A DNA stretch of 64,000 bases from Balanoglossus misakiensis (Eukaryota > Animalia > Hemichordata), in the NCBI GenBank assembly GCA_040954595.2, contig CM082598.2, forward strand, positions 806,001-870,000, in the 5' to 3' direction. The notes under the pieces are model-generated. The model was not told the origin of the DNA and did no database searches. It saw only the letters and a list, made by a program, of their open reading frames with translations. The stretch's first letter is position 1, and each line of letters opens with the position of its first letter. Positions 13,800 through 25,373 of this stretch are shown here, in pieces. The position numbers and the translations under genes are program-made.

Positions 13800-14719
13800 T
13801 CAGGGATGTCCAAAGTAGTTATGATGATATGGGATATTTCGTGTCATAACATTTCGTGTCGTTATGGTTGGCGTTGTCAGATACGGGTTGGAGATTTGGC
13901 AGTGTAAGGGCCAATTGGGCATTGTTGGACGATATGGCGTCATTGGTACTGGATATTGCGCTGCTGATTGGACCAGCCAAGAGTGATTCGCCATATATGG
14001 CAATGTGACGTCTTCCATTGGTTCATACGCGTGGCCATTTTCCTTCAATACTCGTTTCTTCCACCTGGCACGTTTATTTTGGAACCAGACCTGAAAAATA
14101 GTCAGATATATGAATAAGCATCATTTTGGTTGGACGACGTCGAACACGTATTCTGTGACTCACGGTATCAATTCGATTAGACCAACTGTGCTTGATTGAC
14201 CACATTTCGTGATTAGCAACCATACTTTTGCCATACCTTTATTTTCGCTTCTGATATGTCCACTTCGTCGGCCAACCATTCTATTAAATCCTGGTCCGGA
14301 TAATGAGTCATTTGGAAAAAGACATGTTCCAATGCTGTTACTTGATAATCTTTGAACATAGATCTTGGTTTTGTGCTGAGTTGGTCTGTCACGTGGTTAC
14401 TTCTTGCATCGTCCTTTGGACACGCTGAATCCCTTGTCCCGTCCCGTCTGTCATCACATGCATCTCCGGTGGTGTCACGTGACCTCCGCGACGTTTCGAG
14501 CTTCTGCTGAGGTCGGTCTTTCTTCTCGTGTGACATTAAAATACTTTCGATGGAGTGACGATGAGCTAACTTTTCTCTTGAGGACTTCCCCTTTATTTTA
14601 CCAGTATTATCTTCCGCGCCTTTAAGCTTCACACAAGGGGTCACGTTGTTCGGAGGTTGAGATGCAATGATTGGTGCATTTGAAGAGCTTGTGGTGGGCG
14701 TTTGTTTTAGACTTTCCAT
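13800..14719 (-). CDS. Divergent PRD-class (Q50) homeobox transcription factor with an octapeptide/eh1-like motif
   Basis: Exons 14719-14237 (first in-frame ATG, MESLKQ) and 14090-13800 splice to give ...HYPDQDLIEWLADEVDISEAKIK|VWFQNKRARWKKR, with the intron at homeodomain position 46/47 typical of the PRD class. HSIESILM motif lies upstream. A probable 5' UTR exon ends at 14858. Confidence 0.88.
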
Positions 14720-14944
14720 TTCTTCAGTTTTTCTGTAGGACCTACAAGTCTTTCTCGTCAAGCTGTCACAAAGTAATAGATGGACATATAGTTCAAACGT
14801 GACGCGATACAGTATCTGCCGTAGTTTCTAGTCAGTGAAAAAGAAATCATGGCTTACCTGCGTGTGGTGTTAATTCTTCTTGTTGGTGAAAAGAAAAATG
14901 TGCTGGTTGTGGACAGTCATAAACGTCGGACTGCATCCTGGTTT

Positions 14945-15120
14945 CTGATTGGTCAATGAGCACAAATCAGCCTATGGCCATTAACACATTTAGCACCAGT
15001 CGCTGGAGTTGACACCAATTGGCCAATCAGAGGACAGTTACCACTGCTAACCAATCAGACCCTTTGTTTTAGCAATCACGCACTTGATTAATCCAATCTG
15101 TCAGTTATGCAAATCAGACA
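14945..15120 (-). promoter_or_regulatory. CCAAT-box cluster upstream of the homeobox gene
   Basis: ATTGG/CCAAT at 14948, 15015, 15018, 15023, 15051 and 15093. Confidence 0.45.
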
Positions 15121-15388
15121 ATTGCTTTCAAAATAACTTTCGCACAATTATCAGTTTACCATTACTCAACATTATTCTTACTGTGTCCTTTTGTTCATTA
15201 TGTAAGCATTTTAAACCCTGTGTACAATGTGGTCTTGTGATTTCTGTCTCCAAGAAACCGGTGTCTGTCTATATCACTGGGAAAAAGTTGAAATATAGCA
15301 AATCACAAATTTTCGGAATGTTAGGTCACTCAGGGGTCATGAATCACATGATTGCCACATTACAAGACAAAACGATTTCCATTCAATC

Positions 15389-15414
15389 TTTATTTATTTA
15401 TTTATTTATTTATT
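15389..15414. repeat. (TTTA)n microsatellite
   Basis: Directly visible. Confidence 0.85.
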
Positions 15415-15703
15415 TAATAACGTAAGCTTAATACATTATAATATTTGTCGTTTATAAGTATAAATAATCTACAAACCGTGACTGTTCCTGTTTATTAATT
15501 AAGATATAAATAAATTATGATTGTCATAGGAAACATTCTACCCTACAATCGCTGATAATTAGAAATAGTGAAACGATAACATGATGATGGGCATATTTAC
15601 ATGAATGTAGTTTTGTGAACTGGATGAAGTACAACTTACATCAACTAGACAAGAAGATAGCTTTAACATACAGAACGCCACATTTTACAAGATAAATTAC
15701 ATT

Positions 15704-18415
15704 CTAGACTGCAGTTTCTTGGTCAGTAGTGGTTGGGTATTTTGGTGCTCTTATTGCTGTGACGTCAACGTGAGCGTCATTGTTTTCTGTGTGTCCAATC
15801 ATATCATGATTGACAGCTTCTGTGTCTTCAGATTGGAACGTCACTTCGGTTGCGCAGGTGTCGTCTGGTCGTTTTTCGGAGTTGTGGTTGACGGTCGCAA
15901 AATATGGAGTAAACAAAGCACCTTCGTAGTTCCAGATAGCTTCTGCCACGTCATTACGTAAAATGTCGTCATTGATTTGTTTTGATTTGGGTGATTTTTG
16001 CGATAAATTGATCAATTTTGGTAACACAGCGACGGCAGCCGTTGCTATGAGCGAAAATGTCGGTTCATTATTGAAAGTGATGATTATTTTAAAACTAATG
16101 CCGATGAATGCAGCTTTCACTAAAAATATTTTCAGTTTATGAAAATATCGGTCGCTGATTGGACTAACTTCGTCGCAGACTGAATGAAAAAGACTGCGAT
16201 GCATACTCTCCGTTTTTCCGTCTTGACTTTCAAAGACAAGTGCATCACTATAAACCAATTTGTCTGCAGTTAGTTGCTTCAAAGGTGCGAGTTCTTTCAC
16301 AAACACATGTTTGCAGAGTGCATGTCGTTTGTGATAATCCGGCAAACGACAAATCTCAAACATGATCTTTTTTATACTAATGTAATATTCATTAATTTGA
16401 TTGACTGCTCCATACCAGTACATTACTATGGCAACGATGCATATTATGTAGGGAAGGGAGAGTTGGAGATCGATGGCTAACCCTGACGCAATATTAAAAA
16501 CGGCAATTACAGTAAAATATGCCAAAGTGGTCAACAAAAATAATAAATACAGAAAGCAGTAACAGTACAACAAATGCAACATTACTCGACATGAAAAATG
16601 TTCTCCAACTTCCTTGCCATTGTAAACTCTATTTGAAGTTTGCAAAACGCTTACAGTTCTTACTAGAAAACTTATTAAAGGTATTTTCAACAGCAGTTTC
16701 AAAAGACATTTCAAAATCTTAAGTAGCAGGTAAAATGGACACAACAAAAGTGACCGCACGGTTGACTGGTCATCGTCTGGCCAATATTTGAGTAAATTTG
16801 CCGGAAAATGTGAGTTTATTCGGAATACGGATTTGAGGTCCTCGGTGACGTCATCATGGACTGCTCTGAAATAGTATTTGTATATTTTGGACCCGTCATG
16901 TCGGGATGATTCTGGTTGTTGGGTGTTTTTCTTGATTATAAGTCGAGTCAGTTCACCTTTGTCGTAGAACAGCAACACCATAGAAAGCATGCAAAATATG
17001 AGAAGAAAAAATAAACCAAAACCGACATAAATTTTAGATGTAAATATATCTTTTACATAACTCATAGATGAGAAGTCCTCACGAACAATCTCGTTAACTT
17101 TTTCATTGTAGAAGAGATAGAGTTCTTCAATTTGGATCTGGTTCGTGTCTAACCATGACATCGTATCCATAGCAACGTAGTAGGCTAAAGGACACAGTAT
17201 CAGTATCAAGATGAAATTTCGAAAACATTGGTAGGCGTGTATGAACATGAATGAACCCACCGAACTACATTGTCGCTTCGAAAAACAGAACCTATCCACT
17301 TTTCTGTTTACATCTGGGTTATAAACTTTACAGAGGCAGAGAAGGCGATATATCCACTGTAATGGACCAATAGGAATATGTTTATCATAATGTAACATGT
17401 CCCATTCTTCTATGACAACCAGTCTGTGATTGGCTTCTGTGTCTTCCAACTGGTAGACTTTAGGCAGCTCCCAGTTGGAAGGAACTAATGTCAAAACAAT
17501 AAACGGTAAACAACAGAAAATCAAGATTATCATCACAATCAAAATCATAATATGACTCGACTTGAAATATGTATTGCTTGTGTAAACTTTATCACATTGG
17601 TCGATCGCGTTTTCGTGTGCACCTGGGGCATTGGTATCACAACAACGATAGTGTACGTAACCGGTGTTTTCTTCGTTTGAGTTGAACTCCACAGCACTGT
17701 AGCATAGTTTTGCTTCCGAGGGATCCGTCTCCACTTGACCGGTAACGTTGACTTGCAGAAATCTCAGAACAGTTTCCATTTTACAATCCCCTGCCAGGGA
17801 CGTGATACATCCCGTCGGTTGTGAGATCACATCGATAGAGGCACTTCGAAACGAGAACAGCACAGAATCCATCGACATTTCTTCAACGTTATTAGGCAAG
17901 CCAAGAAGGGCGTTATCAGCCCTCAACCAAACGATTGTGTCCGGCTGGTAGTATTCTGTTGTATTGACGTACAATGGGCGTGGATCGGGTTCATTCAGTA
18001 CATTAACACGCATTGTGATCTTGCGAACACCCACACGGATATATTCCGCTAAATTCTGCAGCAGGATTTCAAAACCTTTCCCGTTACTTGGGACAAGAAC
18101 GCACATATTCGTCGACATTTGACAAGTTGATTTGTGACCCCGTTTCCATTCTGGTTTGTATTGAAATAACGTCATCTGCGTTCCAATACTGGCGACGTTG
18201 TAAGAATTCGCACGAGTACTGGTGGTCGGTCTGTGCTGTAACAGATCTGTTGTAATACCTCCCTCGGATGAATAACTTTGTGACACACCTGGTGACCGCG
18301 AGGTCCCTGTCGCATTATCGGCATCTCTAGACTCCCTTTCCAAAGGAATGATATCACAAACAGCCGTTAAGAACACAGCAGTACATACAACGCCAGTCGA
18401 TAGCCAGGCGTACAT
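15704..18415 (-). CDS. Uncharacterised 903-aa multipass membrane protein with signal peptide and Cys-containing ectodomain
   Basis: Intronless 2.7-kb ORF with an N-terminal hydrophobic signal, a ~260-aa Cys-containing extracellular part, then about 7-9 hydrophobic segments. Confidence 0.88.
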   Translation of the reverse strand: MYAWLSTGVVCTAVFLTAVCDIIPLERESRDADNATGTSRSPGVSQSYSSEGGITTDLLQHRPTTSTRANSYNVASIGTQMTLFQYKPEWKRGHKSTCQMSTNMCVLVPSNGKGFEILLQNLAEYIRVGVRKITMRVNVLNEPDPRPLYVNTTEYYQPDTIVWLRADNALLGLPNNVEEMSMDSVLFSFRSASIDVISQPTGCITSLAGDCKMETVLRFLQVNVTGQVETDPSEAKLCYSAVEFNSNEENTGYVHYRCCDTNAPGAHENAIDQCDKVYTSNTYFKSSHIMILIVMIILIFCCLPFIVLTLVPSNWELPKVYQLEDTEANHRLVVIEEWDMLHYDKHIPIGPLQWIYRLLCLCKVYNPDVNRKVDRFCFSKRQCSSVGSFMFIHAYQCFRNFILILILCPLAYYVAMDTMSWLDTNQIQIEELYLFYNEKVNEIVREDFSSMSYVKDIFTSKIYVGFGLFFLLIFCMLSMVLLFYDKGELTRLIIKKNTQQPESSRHDGSKIYKYYFRAVHDDVTEDLKSVFRINSHFPANLLKYWPDDDQSTVRSLLLCPFYLLLKILKCLLKLLLKIPLISFLVRTVSVLQTSNRVYNGKEVGEHFSCRVMLHLLYCYCFLYLLFLLTTLAYFTVIAVFNIASGLAIDLQLSLPYIICIVAIVMYWYGAVNQINEYYISIKKIMFEICRLPDYHKRHALCKHVFVKELAPLKQLTADKLVYSDALVFESQDGKTESMHRSLFHSVCDEVSPISDRYFHKLKIFLVKAAFIGISFKIIITFNNEPTFSLIATAAVAVLPKLINLSQKSPKSKQINDDILRNDVAEAIWNYEGALFTPYFATVNHNSEKRPDDTCATEVTFQSEDTEAVNHDMIGHTENNDAHVDVTAIRAPKYPTTTDQETAV

Positions 18416-20809
18416 GGTGTTACCTCTTACCGCAGAATAGCTTCGACTGCTGGACCGGCTGTCGACTTCTTCTGTTGGAAGTCACGCTCTAGTTTCTAAG
18501 GCATGCAAAACCTTTGATGTCTGTCAGCCACGACAGTCCGTCATAAATTGTACTGCAAACACCCATAACGTCTACAGAGGAAAAGGTCGAAATTGTTAGT
18601 GGCATGTCAAATGGCTAATAGAAAGTGGGGCAAATTTTACAGTCCAGTGCCAATAAGTGAAGTGGTGCGGTATTGTGGAACTTAAACCATTGTGTTGTCT
18701 TTGAATGGTAGTACGTCACGTGATTAACTTGTCTTTTAGCTGAATAATGCCAAGCATTCAACTTCAAGACACGTGACCGTGGTCGAAGGGAAAGAAACGG
18801 AATGTTCATATTTAGTGGCATTCCTTTCAGTATTGTTAAGTCAACAATGAGTGGTCGCTAGCTGTTATGCGAGTTAAACACTTCGGTCGATCAGGTTCAA
18901 GATCATCTATACGGGTTCAAGATATCCAACCCTCCTCTTGTAAAAGAGTTCGTCTCATGGAAACGAGTGCGAATATACTCCATTGAAGATGTGTACAGAG
19001 CTAAGAGTAGACTCTTGATTTCAATGTCTGTAAGCGGCCGTTTGGAGATCCTTCTTGAGACATTTCCGTCATATTACAGTGTCGGCACTTATGTATGGAT
19101 TACTAAATGAGGTGGCATAAAAGTTATCGCAAATATCATTATCCCGTCCGAACCTTCAAAAATCGAAAGATTAGTCACGATTGGCGCCCTCCCTCGTCAG
19201 CTTTTAGAAAACAGTTGTACAGAATGAGAGACTGAAATTTCAGATTGTAGAGCCCTCATAACATAAGGTTGTTTTACACTGTTTATAAGTGTTATAGATA
19301 TGTAAAAGACATTTTAATGTTAAAAATCGATTTCGTTTATACTTATCTGTCCGCAAATCTTCAACGAGCTTAATTGAAAATTTAATCCGAATAAGACGGT
19401 CAATAGAAGAGAGGGAATTTTGTAGAGCTGGAACTGATTTATAATTTATCATGTAATTAATGTTTGTTATGTCCGACGTTTATGCATATCGATCCGTTTT
19501 TATTTAAATTTTCCATGCATTTAGTTTGCTTGGTTTGTTATGCCATAATCTGAAGTTACGCGATACTCCGGTGCAATATCGCCGCGTGAAATCACCTGTA
19601 ATATGATGTTATGCAAAACGGCGAATATTAAAATGCAATAACCTCGTAAATCAATGTAATATTCATGACACGTAATCCATCTGTCTACAGAAAGATATCT
19701 GATTGCTGACATAGAGTCGACAATGTATTAATAATCTCCATAATCACTTTTCGAGTCAGGTTCATTAGTAATCATAAATTTGCGAAGTACAATGTTCTTA
19801 TTAACACCATTTAACATTAATATTGTAAGAGATTCATCATCCCGTGGAAATGATTATCTAAGGGTTCTTTTACTGATTCAATGGTTTCAGGCTGTTTTGG
19901 AACAATCCTTTCTACAAAATCCCATCCGATGATGCGTGTATGGGCGTGATGTCATCATGGATATGGTTGCTAAGCAACTTCTGTTGAGCAGTGATATTTA
20001 CGCATTTCTTTCTATTATAAGTTATGGTAAACAGGAAAGAGTGTTTTAATAGTAAAACGTGTATGTACCCGTCTCTTCTTAGCAGAGAAGCCTATCACAA
20101 CAATCGTCATAGATTCTATGATGATACGATTCAAAGCATGTATATTTTTTTTTACATTCACATAAATCATATTACTAGTACTTTGTAGGCACGAAGCTAA
20201 GTAAAGCAGTGTGGTATGAAGCAGACGACAAAAAGTAGACATGATTGAACTCCTAATCACCGTTTGTTTCAAAGTGCACACCTTGGCTAATACATTATAC
20301 GAGTAAATTACCCCTTTGGCCCTCAGGGTCTGTTAATTACGCTCTGCGCTAAGACTAGAATATTAATCTTCACGCCTGGTGTGTCATAGCCATTTGTGGT
20401 CGATTCATTAGCATATTCACTAAAAACTGCAGCTTTTTCGTCGTTTTGAACACTTAAACACAATCTAGACACAAACATATATTTTCAGTTCGTCTACTTC
20501 TATAATTGAAATGCTGTGTAAGATTTGCCGGCTCCTGGCTCGGTCAAACAACAAATGTATCATGGAATTTGAATGATAATAGACATCGACGTCGTGTTGT
20601 TTCATCACAGAGAGTTTGATCTATTCGCCTCGAAACAGCTGTCACTGTGAGCATTTCAACAATTTTACTATATTTCTTTGTTACTGATATTGCTAAATGA
20701 ATGCGCATTGTTAGTTATGCAAAAGAAAAAAATAACAGATGGTGTTTGAATGAATATAGGGTGCTATATATGGGATGACATTTTTTGTTTTTATGTGATG
20801 GCGGGCAAG

Positions 20810-20880
20810 TATGTGTATGTGTGTTACAGTCTGTGTGTGGCTGTGTGGTGTGTGTGTGTGTGCGTGCATGTGTGTGCATC
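20810..20880. repeat. Degenerate (TG)n microsatellite
   Basis: Directly visible. Confidence 0.85.
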
Positions 20881-22235
20881 TGCACTCGAGATGAAGCAAG
20901 CACGCACATCATGCATGCAAATAAAATGTACGATCAGTGCACTTATATTATGATGTAAATTTGCATCACACAATAACGAGTAGTGCATGCAATGCAACTA
21001 AATATTATAGGAAGCTCTTATTTTGAGGATTATTATAAATAATGAAAACGTGCGTGTAAGTGGGACTTACCTTTGTGTAAAGAGTTCACGGCATATCTGT
21101 GTTTTTCGAGTGACTTTTACACCAATGCAACCACATGCAGATGACCTTATGAAGAATTCACTTATACCACCACCACCACCTCATGTTATTACCGACATTT
21201 TCAGCAGATTTATTCATGTAGAGTGATCGACATAGCTAGCTGCCAGATCTAGACGAATCGTTAGGATAACTGATATGGCCGCTGTTAGAAAAAAAATCAT
21301 GTGCACGATCCAGTCACTTTTATAAATTTTGGCGCATGCGTGTAGACAAAGAGGATTTTGTTGGAGCTTTGTCACGTGATTGATGGAAACTCATATTTAT
21401 TAATGTGAGTGGGTCTTCCAGTTACTTGAATAAGGATGACGCTTACTGAAGTGCGTAGGATAAGTCGTGCGAAACTTCAAGTCTAAATCCTATTTTATTT
21501 CAGAACAAATAATCATTTATAGTGTAGTATTGTCAAAGTGTTAATGAGATGTTTCACGTTACAACAAGTGGCAGTACAGTTAAACGTAACAACGATATTC
21601 TCTTTTGATTGACAGGTTCATAGAAATGCTCAACGCAAAGAGAAAACTTTCCCTTTCGCCTTTGTCCGTAAACATTACGTCACGTCGCTATTGTTGATCG
21701 CGGTTGTGTTATATAACACCTTACTGTCCTATTCCATTGTTGTGGTCACAAATATCTGGGAGGGTTCAGTTGTTCGGGCACCATATTCCTACCTGTGCAC
21801 TGCCCATAAAGCGATCCCCTCCATCCAGCCTCAACAGGTACAACAAATTATATGACACGTACAACAAGGTCTCATACCATTTTTTTAATTTTACTTCCAG
21901 AGACATTTTGTGACAAACGTGCTCTCCCCTCAAAAAAGGACATTCGTAAAACTATTCTTGGTTTTCATGCAAATTATACCCGATTCATTTAAATATCAAG
22001 GTAAATTTATGGTAAAATATAAAGAACTCGTAAGTTTTGCCTATTGGTACCGGTATACCAATATTGGGGTGGCCACTATTAATTTTTGCTGATTGCCAAT
22101 TGAGTTGATTCGTGGATGTTGCCAATCCACCCCTACCCTTATAATTGGACCCTCCGTTTTGGTTCCCTCGAGGTGCGGTCTGTCACCACAACTGATTAAT
22201 TGGACAGTCATTGCACTGTGTCAATACTCGGGGAA

Positions 22236-23858
22236 ATGACACCCTTACTTGGATTGGCCCTATTCTGTGGCTTTAGCATTGCCGTTGCTGTCAGCCAAAA
22301 CCATGACAACAACGCGAAAGTTTTAATTCTTGGCGGAGGCATGAGTGGAATAGCTGCTGCCAAGACGTTGCACGACGGTGGCGTTGAAGACATAATCATT
22401 TTGGAAGGGGACAACGACATCGGTGGTCGGGTCAAGTCTTTGCCCTTCGGAAGCCGGAAAGTGGAGTTGGGAGCAAACTGGGTTCACTTCGGGAACACCT
22501 CGGGCAATTCTATATGGCAGTTGCGAGACAAGTACAATATCCAGGGTAAACATTCAGATTATGACGACTTGGTAGTCCTGGACAGGGACGGTGACGATTT
22601 GACAGATTTGGCAGACGAGTACTGGGAGAGATGGGAAGCAGCTGGTGAATTTATTGATGAGAATTTGCTGACTGATATCTTCCAAGGTCGTGAACCAGAT
22701 ATGACGGTCCGCGCAGGGCGCAAGTTAGGCGGGTGGAGACCCTTGTCCCCTGTGGCGAAAGTGGTGGAATATTTTGAACATGATGCTGAGTTTGCCGAAC
22801 CGCCTGATGTTACCTCCTTGCGATCGACTTCCGCCACTGCCGGGGAACTTTACATTGGTGGCGGCGATTTTTTCGTGACTGACCCCCGAGGGTTTGATTC
22901 CATCGTCAAAGAAATGGCCAAAGAGTTCCTGAGCGACAGCGATGATCGTCTGAGACTTAACCAAGTGGTTCGTCGAATCGAATGGTCCGAGGATAACGTT
23001 ACCGTGACAACAACGAATAACCAGTCATTCACAGCAGACTTCGCAATATGTACATTCAGTATCGGTGTTCTGGAGAACGATGTGATCGAGTTTGTCCCTG
23101 AACTGCCTTTCTGGAAAACTGAAGAGATTTATCAATTCCGCATGGCTTGGTTTACGAAGATATTTCTGAAGTTCCCGAGCGACGTTGAACCGTTTTGGCC
23201 GGAGGAAGAATGGATGTTATTGGCGGATGAGAGACGTGGCTATTTTCCGGCCTGGAGCAATTTGGCCGCTCCTGGACTTCTTCCAAGTGATGCTAACATG
23301 CTTATGATTATTGTAACCGGACAAGAGTCTAAACGAATTGAACTCCAAGACGATGAAGAAACCAAAGAAGAAATTATGTCCGTCTTAAGAGGAATGTTCG
23401 GCTCTCAAATTCCCGAAGCTTCTGATATTCTCGTTTCTAAATGGGGAACGCATCCTTTACACTATGGTAGCTATAGCAACTGGCCAGTTGAAGTTTCTCT
23501 CGAAAGTTTTATGCGACTTCAAGCCCCGGTTGGCAAACTATACTTCGCCGGTGAAGGCACACACGAACGGTATAATGGTTACTTGCAAGGTGCTCTACTG
23601 ACGGGTCAGGATCGGGCTAACGAGATTCTGCAATGCATTGGTGGTGATTGCGTCGATTTTGAAGTGAGAAAGAAAAAGTTCGGGTGTACCTATCAGCAAG
23701 CTGTGAATTTCGACGCAGCCGCAACAGTTGACGATGGTAGTTGTGTGTTTAACTTTATCCACGGTACTAATAGTGCAAGCACGTTTGTGCATAATTGTCT
23801 TTTTACGCTGCTTTCATTGGGAACAATGCTTGGTGTAATCCTTTGCGACGAGATGTAA
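22236..23858 (+). CDS. Secreted, probably GPI-anchored FAD-dependent polyamine oxidase (flavin amine oxidase family), 540 aa
   Basis: First ATG at 22236 gives a signal peptide (MTPLLGLALFCGFSIAVAVS). FAD motifs ILGGGMSGIAAA, IGGRV and ELGANWVH; also FTKIFLKFP, GSYSNWP, LYFAGEGT and NGYLQGALLTG; hydrophobic C-terminus; no introns. Confidence 0.92.
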   Translation: MTPLLGLALFCGFSIAVAVSQNHDNNAKVLILGGGMSGIAAAKTLHDGGVEDIIILEGDNDIGGRVKSLPFGSRKVELGANWVHFGNTSGNSIWQLRDKYNIQGKHSDYDDLVVLDRDGDDLTDLADEYWERWEAAGEFIDENLLTDIFQGREPDMTVRAGRKLGGWRPLSPVAKVVEYFEHDAEFAEPPDVTSLRSTSATAGELYIGGGDFFVTDPRGFDSIVKEMAKEFLSDSDDRLRLNQVVRRIEWSEDNVTVTTTNNQSFTADFAICTFSIGVLENDVIEFVPELPFWKTEEIYQFRMAWFTKIFLKFPSDVEPFWPEEEWMLLADERRGYFPAWSNLAAPGLLPSDANMLMIIVTGQESKRIELQDDEETKEEIMSVLRGMFGSQIPEASDILVSKWGTHPLHYGSYSNWPVEVSLESFMRLQAPVGKLYFAGEGTHERYNGYLQGALLTGQDRANEILQCIGGDCVDFEVRKKKFGCTYQQAVNFDAAATVDDGSCVFNFIHGTNSASTFVHNCLFTLLSLGTMLGVILCDEM

Positions 23859-25373
23859 ACAGTAACGGAAAAACTCTATTGCGTATGTTTAACAGGAGGT
23901 TTGGCACTAGGGATTAACGGGTTTAACTTTACAGGAAAATACATCTCACAGACTTGTCATAAACGATTTGCATCAACTCATGCATGAAATACCAACGGGA
24001 TTGTCGCAGAGAAAATCGTGTGCTTTTGCACAAAAATATTGTACATTTCGCACGCCGTGTTGAATGGTTTATTATATGAAACCTCAGAAGGAATTTAGAG
24101 AGGTGGTGGTTTAGCCGTGGTTTTGATTGCACGGAAGATTTTCCACTCATTTTACAAGAAGCTGCGGTTTCAAATACACGATATGGAAGGATATGAATAA
24201 ATTGAATAACAAGCACACAGCATATCTGTTGTCATGGTTGTACTTGAGATGAACGTCATTTTGTAATCGTTTGATCAAAAGGTTTGTGGTAAATTCCAAA
24301 CCAATAATCGGAAAAGGCGCTCGTCAACGGCTTTTTACGTTTAGTGTATGTTTATATGAAAATGGCAGCAAGAGCGGAAAATATCGTAAGCATTTTGCAG
24401 TTCACTGCGGATAAAATTCCAGTGTGAGTTGGTCAGCGGCGGAGATAGGGCAGGGGACCAGACCAGTTTCATGATATTCGTTTATGCAAGAATTACCATA
24501 AGAGGGCGCTATCAGCATGTGTAGTATTTCACAGACGAAATTGATCTATAACATCAGCAGTTCTGCTGCAGTCTTGTTAAATCATCCCTTCAAGTCATAA
24601 TGTGGCTTGCATTTTAAAGTTACCTGCACGGTTTAAATTAGACTCTCTCACAGGCCATGGTTCGCAACGCGCCCTCAACCGTTTTGCAAGGGAGAAGCAC
24701 CGTGTGGTCACACATGCAATCAGTCCATTGGCCTGCTTGGACGAGAGGGGCTGTGAAAGTCTAGGTTTAAATCAACACAAACAAGTTTTCTATTTTTCTT
24801 AAAAAGGGGTTAGTAACTTTAATACCCTGTTTTACTTTTTAAATACAGACATACATCTTACATTCACTGTACATAGAAATGTTCAAAATAATAATGCATG
24901 TACATAACACATAAGATGGAAACTTGTTAGCATTCGTGAGTGCAGTGAACAAATGACCAAAGTAAGAGCTGGCCAGCTTATCATTCCAATGGACCAATAT
25001 CATGAAAGTTGCATGATCTTCTCATGGTCACTGCTATCAGTGGCTCAAAAAGGAGTTTGAAAATTGGACAGACGACATCATCTTGTGAGTTGGTCAGCTT
25101 CTCTGTCTGTGAATTAAGAAATGAGATGAAATGGAAATTGAAGTCAAACACACACACCTTGTGTGATTAAGGTTCAGAAAAAATACACATGAAGATGTTT
25201 TTTGCATTTTGTACAAAAATAATCCATGTTTATATGTACTGGCATTGTTGACAAAATGAACGCTGGGTTGCAGAATTGTATAAAAAACAAAACTGCTGGT
25301 TTTAAAACTTACAAATTTTGTCTTTTCCCATCCATATGATGAACAGGAGAGGTCTGGTGCTGGTCACATGATC

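Noticed and set aside
22200-22235. ORF-track start of the oxidase at 22200
   Set aside because: It is a TTG. The ATG at 22236 gives a proper signal peptide.
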